64,000 nt of DNA from an uncultured Bacteroidota bacterium. GTDB lineage: Bacteria; Bacteroidota; Bacteroidia; Chitinophagales; Chitinophagaceae. Shown in pieces: positions 9,640 to 17,827 of this stretch; within the stretch, counting starts at the first letter, position 1; every line of letters begins with the position of its first letter. The notes under the pieces were generated by a model. That model worked only from the letters and a program-made list of their open reading frames with translations, did not search any database and was not told the DNA's origin. The stretch covers positions 1,238 through 65,237 of the forward strand of contig CAIOIZ010000049.1 of the NCBI GenBank assembly GCA_903858475.1, written 5' to 3'. The position numbers were made by a program, and so were the translations under genes.

Positions 9640-11592
9640 ATGAAGCTATTACTAGTTCTATTTTCTGTAATTGGGTTTTCGGCTACTGCGCAAACGTATC
9701 CCCCCGTTGATAAAACGCAGGCCGCCCTCATTGCACAGGAGCAGTTACGACATAGTCGCTTATATGGCGGCAGCCCGAATGGTGTGCAAGGGCTCAGTGG
9801 TGCTTCCACCAATTTCAATGTACATTATTATCGTTGCGAGTGGGAAGTAGATCCTGCCATTCGGTATATCTGCGGAAAAGTGACAGTCTATTTTACCATG
9901 GTGGCAGCTGGCACTTCAGTGATAATGGATTTGATGAGCAGTTTAACAGTGGATAGTGTAAAGCAAAGAACCAGTGTTTTGAGCAAGCAACAGCAAAATA
10001 ATTTACTAACGATTAATTTCTCAGCTACTATTAATGTAGGTACTGTTGATTCTTTTTCGGTTTATTATAAGGGCATACCTGCTAATACTGGTTTTGGTTC
10101 TTTTATTCAGGATCAACACAATGGCATTCCGGTTATCTGGAGTTTGAGTGAACCTTATGGTGCGCGCGACTGGTGGCCCTGTAAAAATGGATTGGATGAT
10201 AAGTCCGATTCAATTGATGTACTCATTACGCATCCATCGGCTTACAAAGCTGCCTCCAATGGACTTTTTCAATCCGAGACCTTGATTGCGGGGGGTACAA
10301 AAAAAATAACGAGTTGGAAACATCGTTATCCCATTGCGGCCTATTTAATTTGTTTTGCAGTAACCAATTATTCGGTATTTAATAATAGTGTACAATTGGG
10401 TAGTATCAATCTGCCTATGCAGACTTATTGTTATCCCGAAAACCTGAGTAGTTTTCAAGCAGGTACACAAAATGTATTGGATGCATTGCAATTGTATCAT
10501 CAATATTTTGGCGATTATCCCTTTATTAAAGAAAAATACGGACATGTACAATTTGGATGGGGTGGAGGCATGGAACACCAGACAGCTACGTTTGTTATCT
10601 CCATCGAAGAAGGATTGATAGCACACGAGCTGGCACATCAATGGTTTGGCGATAAGATTACCTGTGGTAGCTGGGAAGATATTTGGCTCAATGAGGGATT
10701 TGCTTCTTATCTGGCGAGTTTTTATATCGAACATAAATATCCTGCTACTGCCATTTCCAATCGCCGCAATGAAATTAATTATATCACCTCACAGCCAGGT
10801 GGTTCAGTAAAAGTGGATGATACCACTAATGTGGGAAGAATTTTTGATGGACGATTAAGTTATAATAAAGGCTCGCATCTTATTTATATGCTGCGTTTTA
10901 AATTAGGTGATACTGCCTTTTTCAAAGGTATTAGAAATTACATGAAAGATCCTGCGCTTGCTTACGGTTATGCACGAACGAATAATTTGAAGCAGCACTT
11001 GGAGCAGGCCAGTGGGCAGGACTTAACAGCTTTTTTTAAGCAATGGTATGAAGGGCAAGGTTATCCTAGTTATCAGGTACAATGGACGCCGCTGGGCAGT
11101 GGTTATGTGCGCATTAAAATGAATCAAACCACTTCGCATGCTTCAGTACCTTTCTTCGAAATGCCAGTGGCTTTACAATTTAAAAATGCAACACAAAGCA
11201 AAACGGTGGTGGTCAATAATACTTCCAGTGGAGAAGTATTTATCGAGCCGATTGGTTTTGTCGCCGATACGGTAGTGATTGATCCGGAATATTGGCTCAT
11301 AAGCAAAAACAATTCTAGTGTACGCATTTCCGATAGCGGTCCAGCTTCTGTGCAATTGTATCCCAATCCCATTGGCAATCAGTTTACTGTTTATATACGG
11401 GGGCTCAATGCAAGCAAAGCAAGTATTGCTGTTTGGAATGCCAAGGGACAAAGGTTGTATACCAAACAATCCACTTTACTCAATGGGGGCGATTATATCA
11501 GTATCCCTTCAGGTACCTGGGCGGCGGGTGTGTATACTATTCGTATTGAAGCACCCAATGGATTTACCTGGGTAAGAAAATTGCAGAAATAA
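9640..11592 (+). CDS. M1-family aminopeptidase with type IX secretion C-terminal domain
   Basis: Signal peptide, GGMEH (GxMEN variant), HELAH...WLNEGFA zinc site, C-terminal LYPNP...GVYTIRI...RKLQK. Confidence 0.92.
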   Translation: MKLLLVLFSVIGFSATAQTYPPVDKTQAALIAQEQLRHSRLYGGSPNGVQGLSGASTNFNVHYYRCEWEVDPAIRYICGKVTVYFTMVAAGTSVIMDLMSSLTVDSVKQRTSVLSKQQQNNLLTINFSATINVGTVDSFSVYYKGIPANTGFGSFIQDQHNGIPVIWSLSEPYGARDWWPCKNGLDDKSDSIDVLITHPSAYKAASNGLFQSETLIAGGTKKITSWKHRYPIAAYLICFAVTNYSVFNNSVQLGSINLPMQTYCYPENLSSFQAGTQNVLDALQLYHQYFGDYPFIKEKYGHVQFGWGGGMEHQTATFVISIEEGLIAHELAHQWFGDKITCGSWEDIWLNEGFASYLASFYIEHKYPATAISNRRNEINYITSQPGGSVKVDDTTNVGRIFDGRLSYNKGSHLIYMLRFKLGDTAFFKGIRNYMKDPALAYGYARTNNLKQHLEQASGQDLTAFFKQWYEGQGYPSYQVQWTPLGSGYVRIKMNQTTSHASVPFFEMPVALQFKNATQSKTVVVNNTSSGEVFIEPIGFVADTVVIDPEYWLISKNNSSVRISDSGPASVQLYPNPIGNQFTVYIRGLNASKASIAVWNAKGQRLYTKQSTLLNGGDYISIPSGTWAAGVYTIRIEAPNGFTWVRKLQK

Positions 11593-11660
11593 TTTATTTA
11601 TAAAAACTTTATGAATCAGTAGCAAATTGTTTTCGCAAATTTGCTTTTCAATTTTCCTCC

Positions 11661-12425
11661 GTGGCAAGAAATAAGAAATCTTTATTCCGCATATTGGCAA
11701 TCCCTGTATTATTCCTTCTACTGGCGGGTACGGCTACCTATTATATCAGTCAATATTTAAACCGCCCAAGATTTGTGCGCTACAAAGCCTTTGGTATTGA
11801 TATACCAGTAGCTTATAACATACATGGAATAGATGTGAGCCATCACCAGGATAATATCGATTGGAAAGCGGTACAAGCAATGCAGGCTAGTAATATCAAA
11901 GTGGGATTTGCCTTTATTAAAGCCACAGAAGGATTGGGCAGGGTGGACAATGCTTTCCGACGCAATTGGTTCAATATAGGGCAAGCGAATATTCCCAGAG
12001 GGGCCTATCATTATTTTATTTCTAGTAAAAGCGGAAAGGCACAAGCAGAAAATTTTATAGAAACAGTACAATTATTACCTGGCGATTTACCACCGGTCTT
12101 AGATGTTGAAGCTGCCAATGGGGCCAGTACACAAAATATTAGGTCGAGGGTTAAGGATTTTTTAGCGCTCATAGAGGCGCATTATAAAGTACGTCCGATT
12201 ATTTACACTTATGTAGATTTTTATGAGCATTACCTTGGTAAGGATTTTGATGCATATCCCTTGTGGATTGCTCATTACTTAGTGAAGGACAAACCCAGAA
12301 TAGAAAGAGATTGGTTGTTTTGGCAACACAATGAAAAGGGGCATGTAGATGGCATCAATGCATTGGTTGATTTTAATGTTTTTAATGGAGATAGTACTGA
12401 ATTTAAAAAATTGCTGATAAAATAA
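11661..12425 (+). CDS. GH25 muramidase/lysozyme with N-terminal membrane anchor
   Basis: GIDVSHHQ, FIKATEG, LDVE (DxE), DFNVF. GTG start. Confidence 0.92.
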   Translation: MARNKKSLFRILAIPVLFLLLAGTATYYISQYLNRPRFVRYKAFGIDIPVAYNIHGIDVSHHQDNIDWKAVQAMQASNIKVGFAFIKATEGLGRVDNAFRRNWFNIGQANIPRGAYHYFISSKSGKAQAENFIETVQLLPGDLPPVLDVEAANGASTQNIRSRVKDFLALIEAHYKVRPIIYTYVDFYEHYLGKDFDAYPLWIAHYLVKDKPRIERDWLFWQHNEKGHVDGINALVDFNVFNGDSTEFKKLLIK

Positions 12426-12450
12426 TTAACTTGGGGAACAATTGAATACT

Positions 12451-12675
12451 ATGGGAATTGACAATGAAGCCAGGGATTTTCTCATGAATGTTGCCAATAC
12501 ATTGGCAGTGGTATTGGGCTGGATGATTATCGACGTTTATTTTGGTATTTATTATAATTGGGCTTTTATAGAAGGAAGCATACATTGGCAAAACTGGGTT
12601 TTTTATGCCTGGTTTATTATTAGCCTGACGCTACTCATTTTCTATATCCGACACAAATGGAAAGATAAAATATAA
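12451..12675 (+). CDS. Small two-TM hypothetical protein
   Basis: Two hydrophobic helices; co-oriented after GH25. Confidence 0.65.
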   Translation: MGIDNEARDFLMNVANTLAVVLGWMIIDVYFGIYYNWAFIEGSIHWQNWVFYAWFIISLTLLIFYIRHKWKDKI

Positions 12676-12742
12676 TATACTCTTTGGCAGGTCAAGTCAG
12701 AAAACTTTATTTACTTTTAAATAAATAATTCCAATACTATAT

Positions 12743-13132
12743 ATGCGGCTTGTACGATTTTGCAGGTGGTCTGTTATTGTGGGTACTCTTTTGATTTGGA
12801 CAATTAAATGGGGCATTCGACCCTATTTTCATTTTACACAACCAACCATTTATATCTTGGGTATTGCACCAAATTTGTTAGGATCCTTTTTATTACCCAT
12901 AGGATGTTATTGGTTATTCCGCAAGTATATTAATCTGTATGAAGAGTTTCAGCTAAGAATTTTTTGTGCTCTGTGTTTTGTGTTATTGGTCCTAAATGAG
13001 ATGCTCCAATTGTTTCCAGTCTTTGGTAGAACCTTTGATTACAATGATATTGCTGCTTCTGCTATTGGGCTCAGCGCTTCTTATGTTTTCTGCAATAAAT
13101 ATTTGTTTAGCAGGTATGCAACTTTCCCTTGA
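12743..13132 (+). CDS. VanZ-like membrane protein
   Basis: E-x2-Q...GRTFD-x2-DI motif with 4 TM segments. Confidence 0.6.
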   Translation: MRLVRFCRWSVIVGTLLIWTIKWGIRPYFHFTQPTIYILGIAPNLLGSFLLPIGCYWLFRKYINLYEEFQLRIFCALCFVLLVLNEMLQLFPVFGRTFDYNDIAASAIGLSASYVFCNKYLFSRYATFP

Positions 13133-13139
13133 TGGTCGA

Positions 13140-13595
13140 TTAACTACTGTGGTCCTTGATAATCACCCATACTCCTTTTATTTTTTGAAACAATAGGGTG
13201 AAGTGCCCACTGATATCTCCGATACTTCTTTGCAAATACCATTTGCCTACTACATGATAAAAAAGGTTTGATAATTTCTTTACCTCAAGGATGTTAAAAA
13301 TTAATTTACCCATACTGGCTGTGTCGGGGTAATTTTTTTTATAATTGTTTAAGGTATTTTGCCAGCCATAGGTGATACCTGATTTTCCAATAAACATTAA
13401 GGAATCTGATTTCCAGTAGCCCTCCATAAAAGCAGCGGTATTGCCTTCGTTCCAGGCCTTGTTTTGTGTAGCCAGTACATAACGAATGGCAGCAGCATCT
13501 TTTTGGTCAGCAACCGATTGGGTTTGTTGGCTATAAATTAGCTGGCTATACAATAGGAAGAAAAAAATGCTGTAAAATATTTTACTGCTTTTCAT
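13140..13595 (-). CDS. NTF2-like (DUF4440/SnoaL-like) exported protein
   Basis: Signal peptide, AWNEGN..AFM.GYW, GHFTLLF, DHSS C-terminus. Confidence 0.8.
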   Translation of the reverse strand: MKSSKIFYSIFFFLLYSQLIYSQQTQSVADQKDAAAIRYVLATQNKAWNEGNTAAFMEGYWKSDSLMFIGKSGITYGWQNTLNNYKKNYPDTASMGKLIFNILEVKKLSNLFYHVVGKWYLQRSIGDISGHFTLLFQKIKGVWVIIKDHSS

Positions 13596-13683
13596 GTTAA
13601 TTTAATTGATGTATCATAAAGATAGTAAAAGCTACGACTATGCAATTAGATAGCATAATTAGCAATGAAAAGTATAAAATGAA

Positions 13684-14073
13684 TTAGTGCTTGTGGTGGG
13701 GTGAAGCGCATTTGCTTTTGTGACAGAGCTGATAATTATAAAAATGTGCTCCAATGATTAGCATAACCGCAGGAATTAGTAAACCAATTTCATATTGGTG
13801 GAATATTTGTTTTAATACCAAAAAAGCAAACCCTACACTAAATATCAAAACGGGTAGGCTAGAGCGGTGGTGTTTTACGTATCCATGAAACAGTGAATAG
13901 GAGCCAACGGCAAAAGCCAGTAGTATCATGCCCCATTCAAAAAAAACATTGTGAATGATATTGATGCCGAAAATGGGAAGGGTACTCATCATCACCGGCA
14001 ATAAAGCACAGTGAATAGCACAGGCCACAGAAGTGGCAATGCCCATTGCGTCCCAGTTGAGTTTGATTTTCAT
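13684..14073 (-). CDS. MerC-domain membrane protein (putative metal permease)
   Basis: ACAIHCALLP motif in TM1, 4 TM segments, C-terminal HKSKCASPHHKH. ATG at 14073 preferred. Confidence 0.8.
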   Translation of the reverse strand: MKIKLNWDAMGIATSVACAIHCALLPVMMSTLPIFGINIIHNVFFEWGMILLAFAVGSYSLFHGYVKHHRSSLPVLIFSVGFAFLVLKQIFHQYEIGLLIPAVMLIIGAHFYNYQLCHKSKCASPHHKH

Positions 14074-14087
14074 TTTTCGGTGTAGAG

Positions 14088-14095
14088 CAAAGATA
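14088..14095 (-). promoter_or_regulatory. TATCTTTG -7 element for the merC-like gene
   Basis: Exact TAnnTTTG 14 nt upstream of the ATG. Confidence 0.7.
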
Positions 14096-14101
14096 GTATT
14101 T

Positions 14102-14118
14102 TTGCAATACTGTTGCAA
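14102..14118. promoter_or_regulatory. Palindromic operator TTGCAA-TACTG-TTGCAA; candidate Fur/Zur-family box
   Basis: Perfect 6-5-6 inverted repeat 6 nt upstream of the merC-like -7 element. Confidence 0.6.
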
Positions 14119-14159
14119 GTATAAAAACGCCTTTTCTCGGCTGGTAAGGGTAGGAATTG

Positions 14160-14167
14160 TAATTTTG
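14160..14167 (+). promoter_or_regulatory. TAATTTTG -7 element for the SCO gene
   Basis: Exact TAnnTTTG 15 nt upstream of ATG 14183. Confidence 0.6.
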
Positions 14168-14182
14168 CAAAAAACTTAGTGT

Positions 14183-14908
14183 ATGAATAAGAAGTTGCTA
14201 GGCTATATTGTTTTTTTTGCCGTTTTGATTACGGTATTCTTGCTGGTGGTTTCTAGGAGTTTTGATTTCACGCAATCCAATTTGGGGGTCATCAATAATA
14301 ATGTGGATACCTTTTCATTTGTCAATCAGGATGGAAAGATCATGACAGCCAGGGATGTAGAGGATAAAGTATATGTGGCAGAATATTTTTTTACTACTTG
14401 CAGGGGTATTTGTCCAAAAATGAATGCCAATATGCGCCGGGTATGGGATGTGTACAAGGATGAATCTGACTTTCTTATAATGTCGCATAGTTGTATGCCA
14501 GAAACGGATAGTGTGCCCTTGTTGAAGGGATATGAAAAATGGATGATCAATGGTAATTTGGTAAAAAACGAAGATGGGTCAGTTAAAATTTTGCCATCTG
14601 AAATTGACAAACCCATCGTAAATAAGAACTGGTTTTTTTTAACAGGCGACAAGTCGGCTTTGTATAAAATGGCCCGAGTATCTTATATGATTGATAATAA
14701 TAAACCTGATACCACTCAAAATCCAGCGGATGATTTTATTCATACACAATTTTTTGCCTTGGTGGATAAGCAAAGAAGGTTAAGGGGAATATATGATGGT
14801 TTGAAAAATGAGGAGGTTGAAAAATTAATCGATGATATTAAAGGCTTATTAAAAGAGCGCAAAGAAGCAGCTAGTTATAAGAATGGTTTTAGTAATGCAC
14901 CGAATTAA
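14183..14908 (+). CDS. SCO1/SenC-family copper chaperone
   Basis: N-terminal TM, FFTTCRGICP (CxxxC), conserved His in FIHTQFFALVD. Confidence 0.92.
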   Translation: MNKKLLGYIVFFAVLITVFLLVVSRSFDFTQSNLGVINNNVDTFSFVNQDGKIMTARDVEDKVYVAEYFFTTCRGICPKMNANMRRVWDVYKDESDFLIMSHSCMPETDSVPLLKGYEKWMINGNLVKNEDGSVKILPSEIDKPIVNKNWFFLTGDKSALYKMARVSYMIDNNKPDTTQNPADDFIHTQFFALVDKQRRLRGIYDGLKNEEVEKLIDDIKGLLKERKEAASYKNGFSNAPN

Positions 14909-14969
14909 TTGTTGTAGCATACAACCATTTATATTTGATTTTTAAAAAAGCCTATTAGCTTTAGTTTAC

Positions 14970-15383
14970 ATGGAACTATTACTCGACATATTGAAAAGAA
15001 ACGGCTTGAGTGTAACGGAAAGTCGCAAAAGTATACTGGCCTTGTTTCTTCAGCGAGAAGCAGCTTTGGCACATGCGGATATCGAAAAGAGTACCAATGA
15101 AAGTTTTGATAGGGTAACTGTTTACCGTACTTTACAAACCTTTGTAGAAAAAGGCATTATTCACAATATTCCTACCACCGATAATTCTATCTTATATGCA
15201 TTGTGTAAGGACAATTGTGAAGAAGGGCACCACCACGATAATCATGTACATTTTATATGTACCGATTGTGAAAAAACCATTTGCCTAGAAGATGTAACGG
15301 TGCCCCACGTTAAATTACCCAAGGGTTTCAAGCCTCATCATGCAGCCATGATTGTTAAAGGTATTTGTGACGATTGCAAATAA
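14970..15383 (+). CDS. Fur-family metalloregulator, Zur-like
   Basis: DRVTVYRTL helix, HHHDNHVHF, CTDC and CDDC structural zinc sites. Confidence 0.9.
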   Translation: MELLLDILKRNGLSVTESRKSILALFLQREAALAHADIEKSTNESFDRVTVYRTLQTFVEKGIIHNIPTTDNSILYALCKDNCEEGHHHDNHVHFICTDCEKTICLEDVTVPHVKLPKGFKPHHAAMIVKGICDDCK

Positions 15384-15390
15384 GCAGCGT

Positions 15391-17103
15391 TTATACCGGC
15401 ATTTCATTTTTCACAAAGTCCATCAATCCCTTTATTGTAGCAGGACTAAAATCAAATTGCAAGCCAGCGGCTTCAAATAAAGCAGGCAATGTTTTGGTAC
15501 CACCCAATGCCAGTGCTTTGCAATAATTATCCATTGCTGTTTCTTTATTTTTTTTGAATTGCATCCACATGCCAATGGCGCCTAATTGCGCAATGCCATA
15601 TTCGATATAATAAAAGGGCACTTCAAATAAATGCAATTGACGTTGCCAGCTATTGGCTCGATAGGCTTCTAATCCGGAGTAATCCATTACATCGTCTTTG
15701 AATTCGGCCAGTATTTGCATCCATTGTTGGCTGCGAGCTTCTATGCTGTGGGTTGGGTTTTCGTATAGCCAATGCTGATATTTGTCAATGATGGCAATCC
15801 AGGGGAAGATAGTGATGACTCTTTCCAATTGATGTTCTTTGGCTCTTAATAAATCTTCCTCATTGTTAAAGAAACTTTCCCATTCATCCATACTCATTAG
15901 TTCCATCGACATGCTGGCCACCTCTGCAATTTCCATGGGGTATTCTTTGAAACCATTCAGCGGCAGTGGATGTGCTAAGAACGAATGAATGGCATGACCA
16001 CCTTCATGTACCATGGTGGTTACATCTCCCATTTGCCCGGCAGCATTCATAAAAATAAAGGGAGCTCCTGTTTCTGCAAGTGGACAATTATATCCTCCAG
16101 GGGCCTTGCCTTTTCTGCTATCTAGATCAAGCTGTTTTAAGGCATTCATTTTTTTAAGGCACTCTCCAAAAAAAGGACGCAGCTTACTAAAACAGTCGAT
16201 GGTTTTATTCAATAAATCTGCTCCATCTTTAAATGGGCGAAGTGGAGCTGTACCAGCTGGTTCTGCTTCAATATCCCAGGGGCGAAGGGTATCAACGCCT
16301 AATTTTGTTTTTTTCTTTTGATGAATTTCGTTGATTAAAGGAATGACATGTAGTTTAACCGCTTCATGAAATTGAAAACAATCTTCCTTGCTATAATCGA
16401 ATCTTCCAAGTTCCTTAAATCGGTAATCGCGGTAATTAGAAAATCCCGCATTGAGTGCTTCCTGATTTCTTTTTTCAATCAGTTGATTGAATAATTTGTT
16501 AAGGGCATCGGTATCTACTTTTCTTCTTTCCTGAATTTTGCGATATACTTCTTCTCGTTTATTTCGATCGGCACTTTCTAAGAATTTACCGGCTTGTTGC
16601 AAAGTGTACTCCTGTCCATCTACTGTAATCATCATTTTTCCAGTGATAACGCCATACTGTTGTTGTAAAACAGCCAACTCCGCTTGCAATGGAATGTTTT
16701 CTGCTCTAAACAATTCAATATTTTTTTGAACACTGCGCAAGTAGGTATGATAGGTGGGTTTATCCAAACTATCGCAGAGGGGATGATTGAGAAGTTTTTT
16801 ATTCAGCGCATCGCTATACGGTTGTATTTGCGGTTGTATTTCGGTAACAAAAAAATTGAAAGCAGCTTCTAGGTCTTTGTTCTCTGTATCGCAGGTCATA
16901 CGAATTTGTCTCCAGCAGGCATCTTCATTCACTAGTGCTTCCAGTTCACTTTGGTCCTTTAGCCATTGTTCCAATTCTGCTAGTGTTTCTATTTTCCTTT
17001 CTAGTAAGGTTTTAAAAAAAGGCGCTAGGCTTTCCCAATTGGTGATGGAAAAATTGGCTGGAATAAAATGGCGTGCTGTTTTTTGTATGTCTGCTGAGTA
17101 CAT
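15391..17103 (-). CDS. M3-family oligoendopeptidase F
   Basis: KAPGGY, HEGGH, EIAEVASMSME, HLFEVPFYYIEYG. Confidence 0.93.
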   Translation of the reverse strand: MYSADIQKTARHFIPANFSITNWESLAPFFKTLLERKIETLAELEQWLKDQSELEALVNEDACWRQIRMTCDTENKDLEAAFNFFVTEIQPQIQPYSDALNKKLLNHPLCDSLDKPTYHTYLRSVQKNIELFRAENIPLQAELAVLQQQYGVITGKMMITVDGQEYTLQQAGKFLESADRNKREEVYRKIQERRKVDTDALNKLFNQLIEKRNQEALNAGFSNYRDYRFKELGRFDYSKEDCFQFHEAVKLHVIPLINEIHQKKKTKLGVDTLRPWDIEAEPAGTAPLRPFKDGADLLNKTIDCFSKLRPFFGECLKKMNALKQLDLDSRKGKAPGGYNCPLAETGAPFIFMNAAGQMGDVTTMVHEGGHAIHSFLAHPLPLNGFKEYPMEIAEVASMSMELMSMDEWESFFNNEEDLLRAKEHQLERVITIFPWIAIIDKYQHWLYENPTHSIEARSQQWMQILAEFKDDVMDYSGLEAYRANSWQRQLHLFEVPFYYIEYGIAQLGAIGMWMQFKKNKETAMDNYCKALALGGTKTLPALFEAAGLQFDFSPATIKGLMDFVKNEMPV

Positions 17104-17189
17104 ATGAAGGTGGTAAATTTGAAAATCCTGCTATACGATCAATATAGCAGGATTTGTATCAAGAATGGGTAGAGAAATGGGCTTGATCA

Positions 17190-17690
17190 TTAAGCCATTT
17201 TTCTAGGTGAGTTAATTTTTTTGGCAGGTGCATTTTTCACAGCGGTTGTTTTCACTTCTTTAGGCTTGGCTTTGGCTACGGTATTTTCAGTTTCCTCTGG
17301 ACCAAGTTCGCTTAGTTTGATTTCAATATTGTTTTTATCCAGCACTTGCAGCCATTTTACCATTTTCTTCATATCGCTGCTATACACTCTTTCAAAATCG
17401 ATATCAGCATATACTTTTTGGAAATAAGCTTTAACGGCTTTGGCATCATTGGCATCGGGCAATGCTACTGAACTGGCCTTCATGGCCAGAAATATTTCGG
17501 AAAGATTTACATTGTCTTTAACAGTAAATACTTCTATGCTTTCTAGGTGAGAAAAATTATGAACCCTGCTACTTACAAATTTGGTGCTATTGTCTTCCAA
17601 AGAGCGAACCACAGCCCCATCGGCTTTTGATGATAACAATTCAAACAATCCCCCCATTCCGGTTACAGAAACCAATTTGTTATATTCCAT
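17190..17690 (-). CDS. DUF5606-like conserved Bacteroidota protein
   Basis: VSVTGMGGLF N-terminus, DFERVYSSDMKK..KW, lysine-rich tail. Confidence 0.75.
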   Translation of the reverse strand: MEYNKLVSVTGMGGLFELLSSKADGAVVRSLEDNSTKFVSSRVHNFSHLESIEVFTVKDNVNLSEIFLAMKASSVALPDANDAKAVKAYFQKVYADIDFERVYSSDMKKMVKWLQVLDKNNIEIKLSELGPEETENTVAKAKPKEVKTTAVKNAPAKKINSPRKMA

Positions 17691-17777
17691 ATCTATAAAA
17701 ATTTTTAGGGCTGCAAGTTAGCTGTAAAATGCCAAATTTCAGTTGACCACCCAATATTAAAATTTTCTAAAAATTAC

Positions 17778-17807
17778 CGACAGTTTCTTTCCCCGCTGTC
17801 GTCTAAT
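17778..17807 (+). promoter_or_regulatory. Candidate ECF-sigma promoter (GACAG-N16-CGTCTAA) upstream of the OMP/ECF operon
   Basis: ECF-type -10 CGTCTAA at 17800 with 16-nt spacer, about 20 nt before the ATG. CGACAG/CTGTCG also form an inverted repeat. Confidence 0.5.
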
Positions 17808-17827
17808 AGACAATACAAATTCATTTT

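Noticed and set aside
11661-12675. Prophage lysis module
   Set aside because: No integrase, structural, terminase or spanin genes anywhere in the window.
13684-14073. Mercury-resistance operon
   Set aside because: Only a MerC-like domain; no merA, merR, merT or merP, and no mobile-element context.
14910-14926. GTTGT-AGCAT-ACAAC inverted repeat between SCO and the Fur gene
   Set aside because: Short, AT-rich, unlike the TGCAA box and without a U-tract; not distinguishable from chance.
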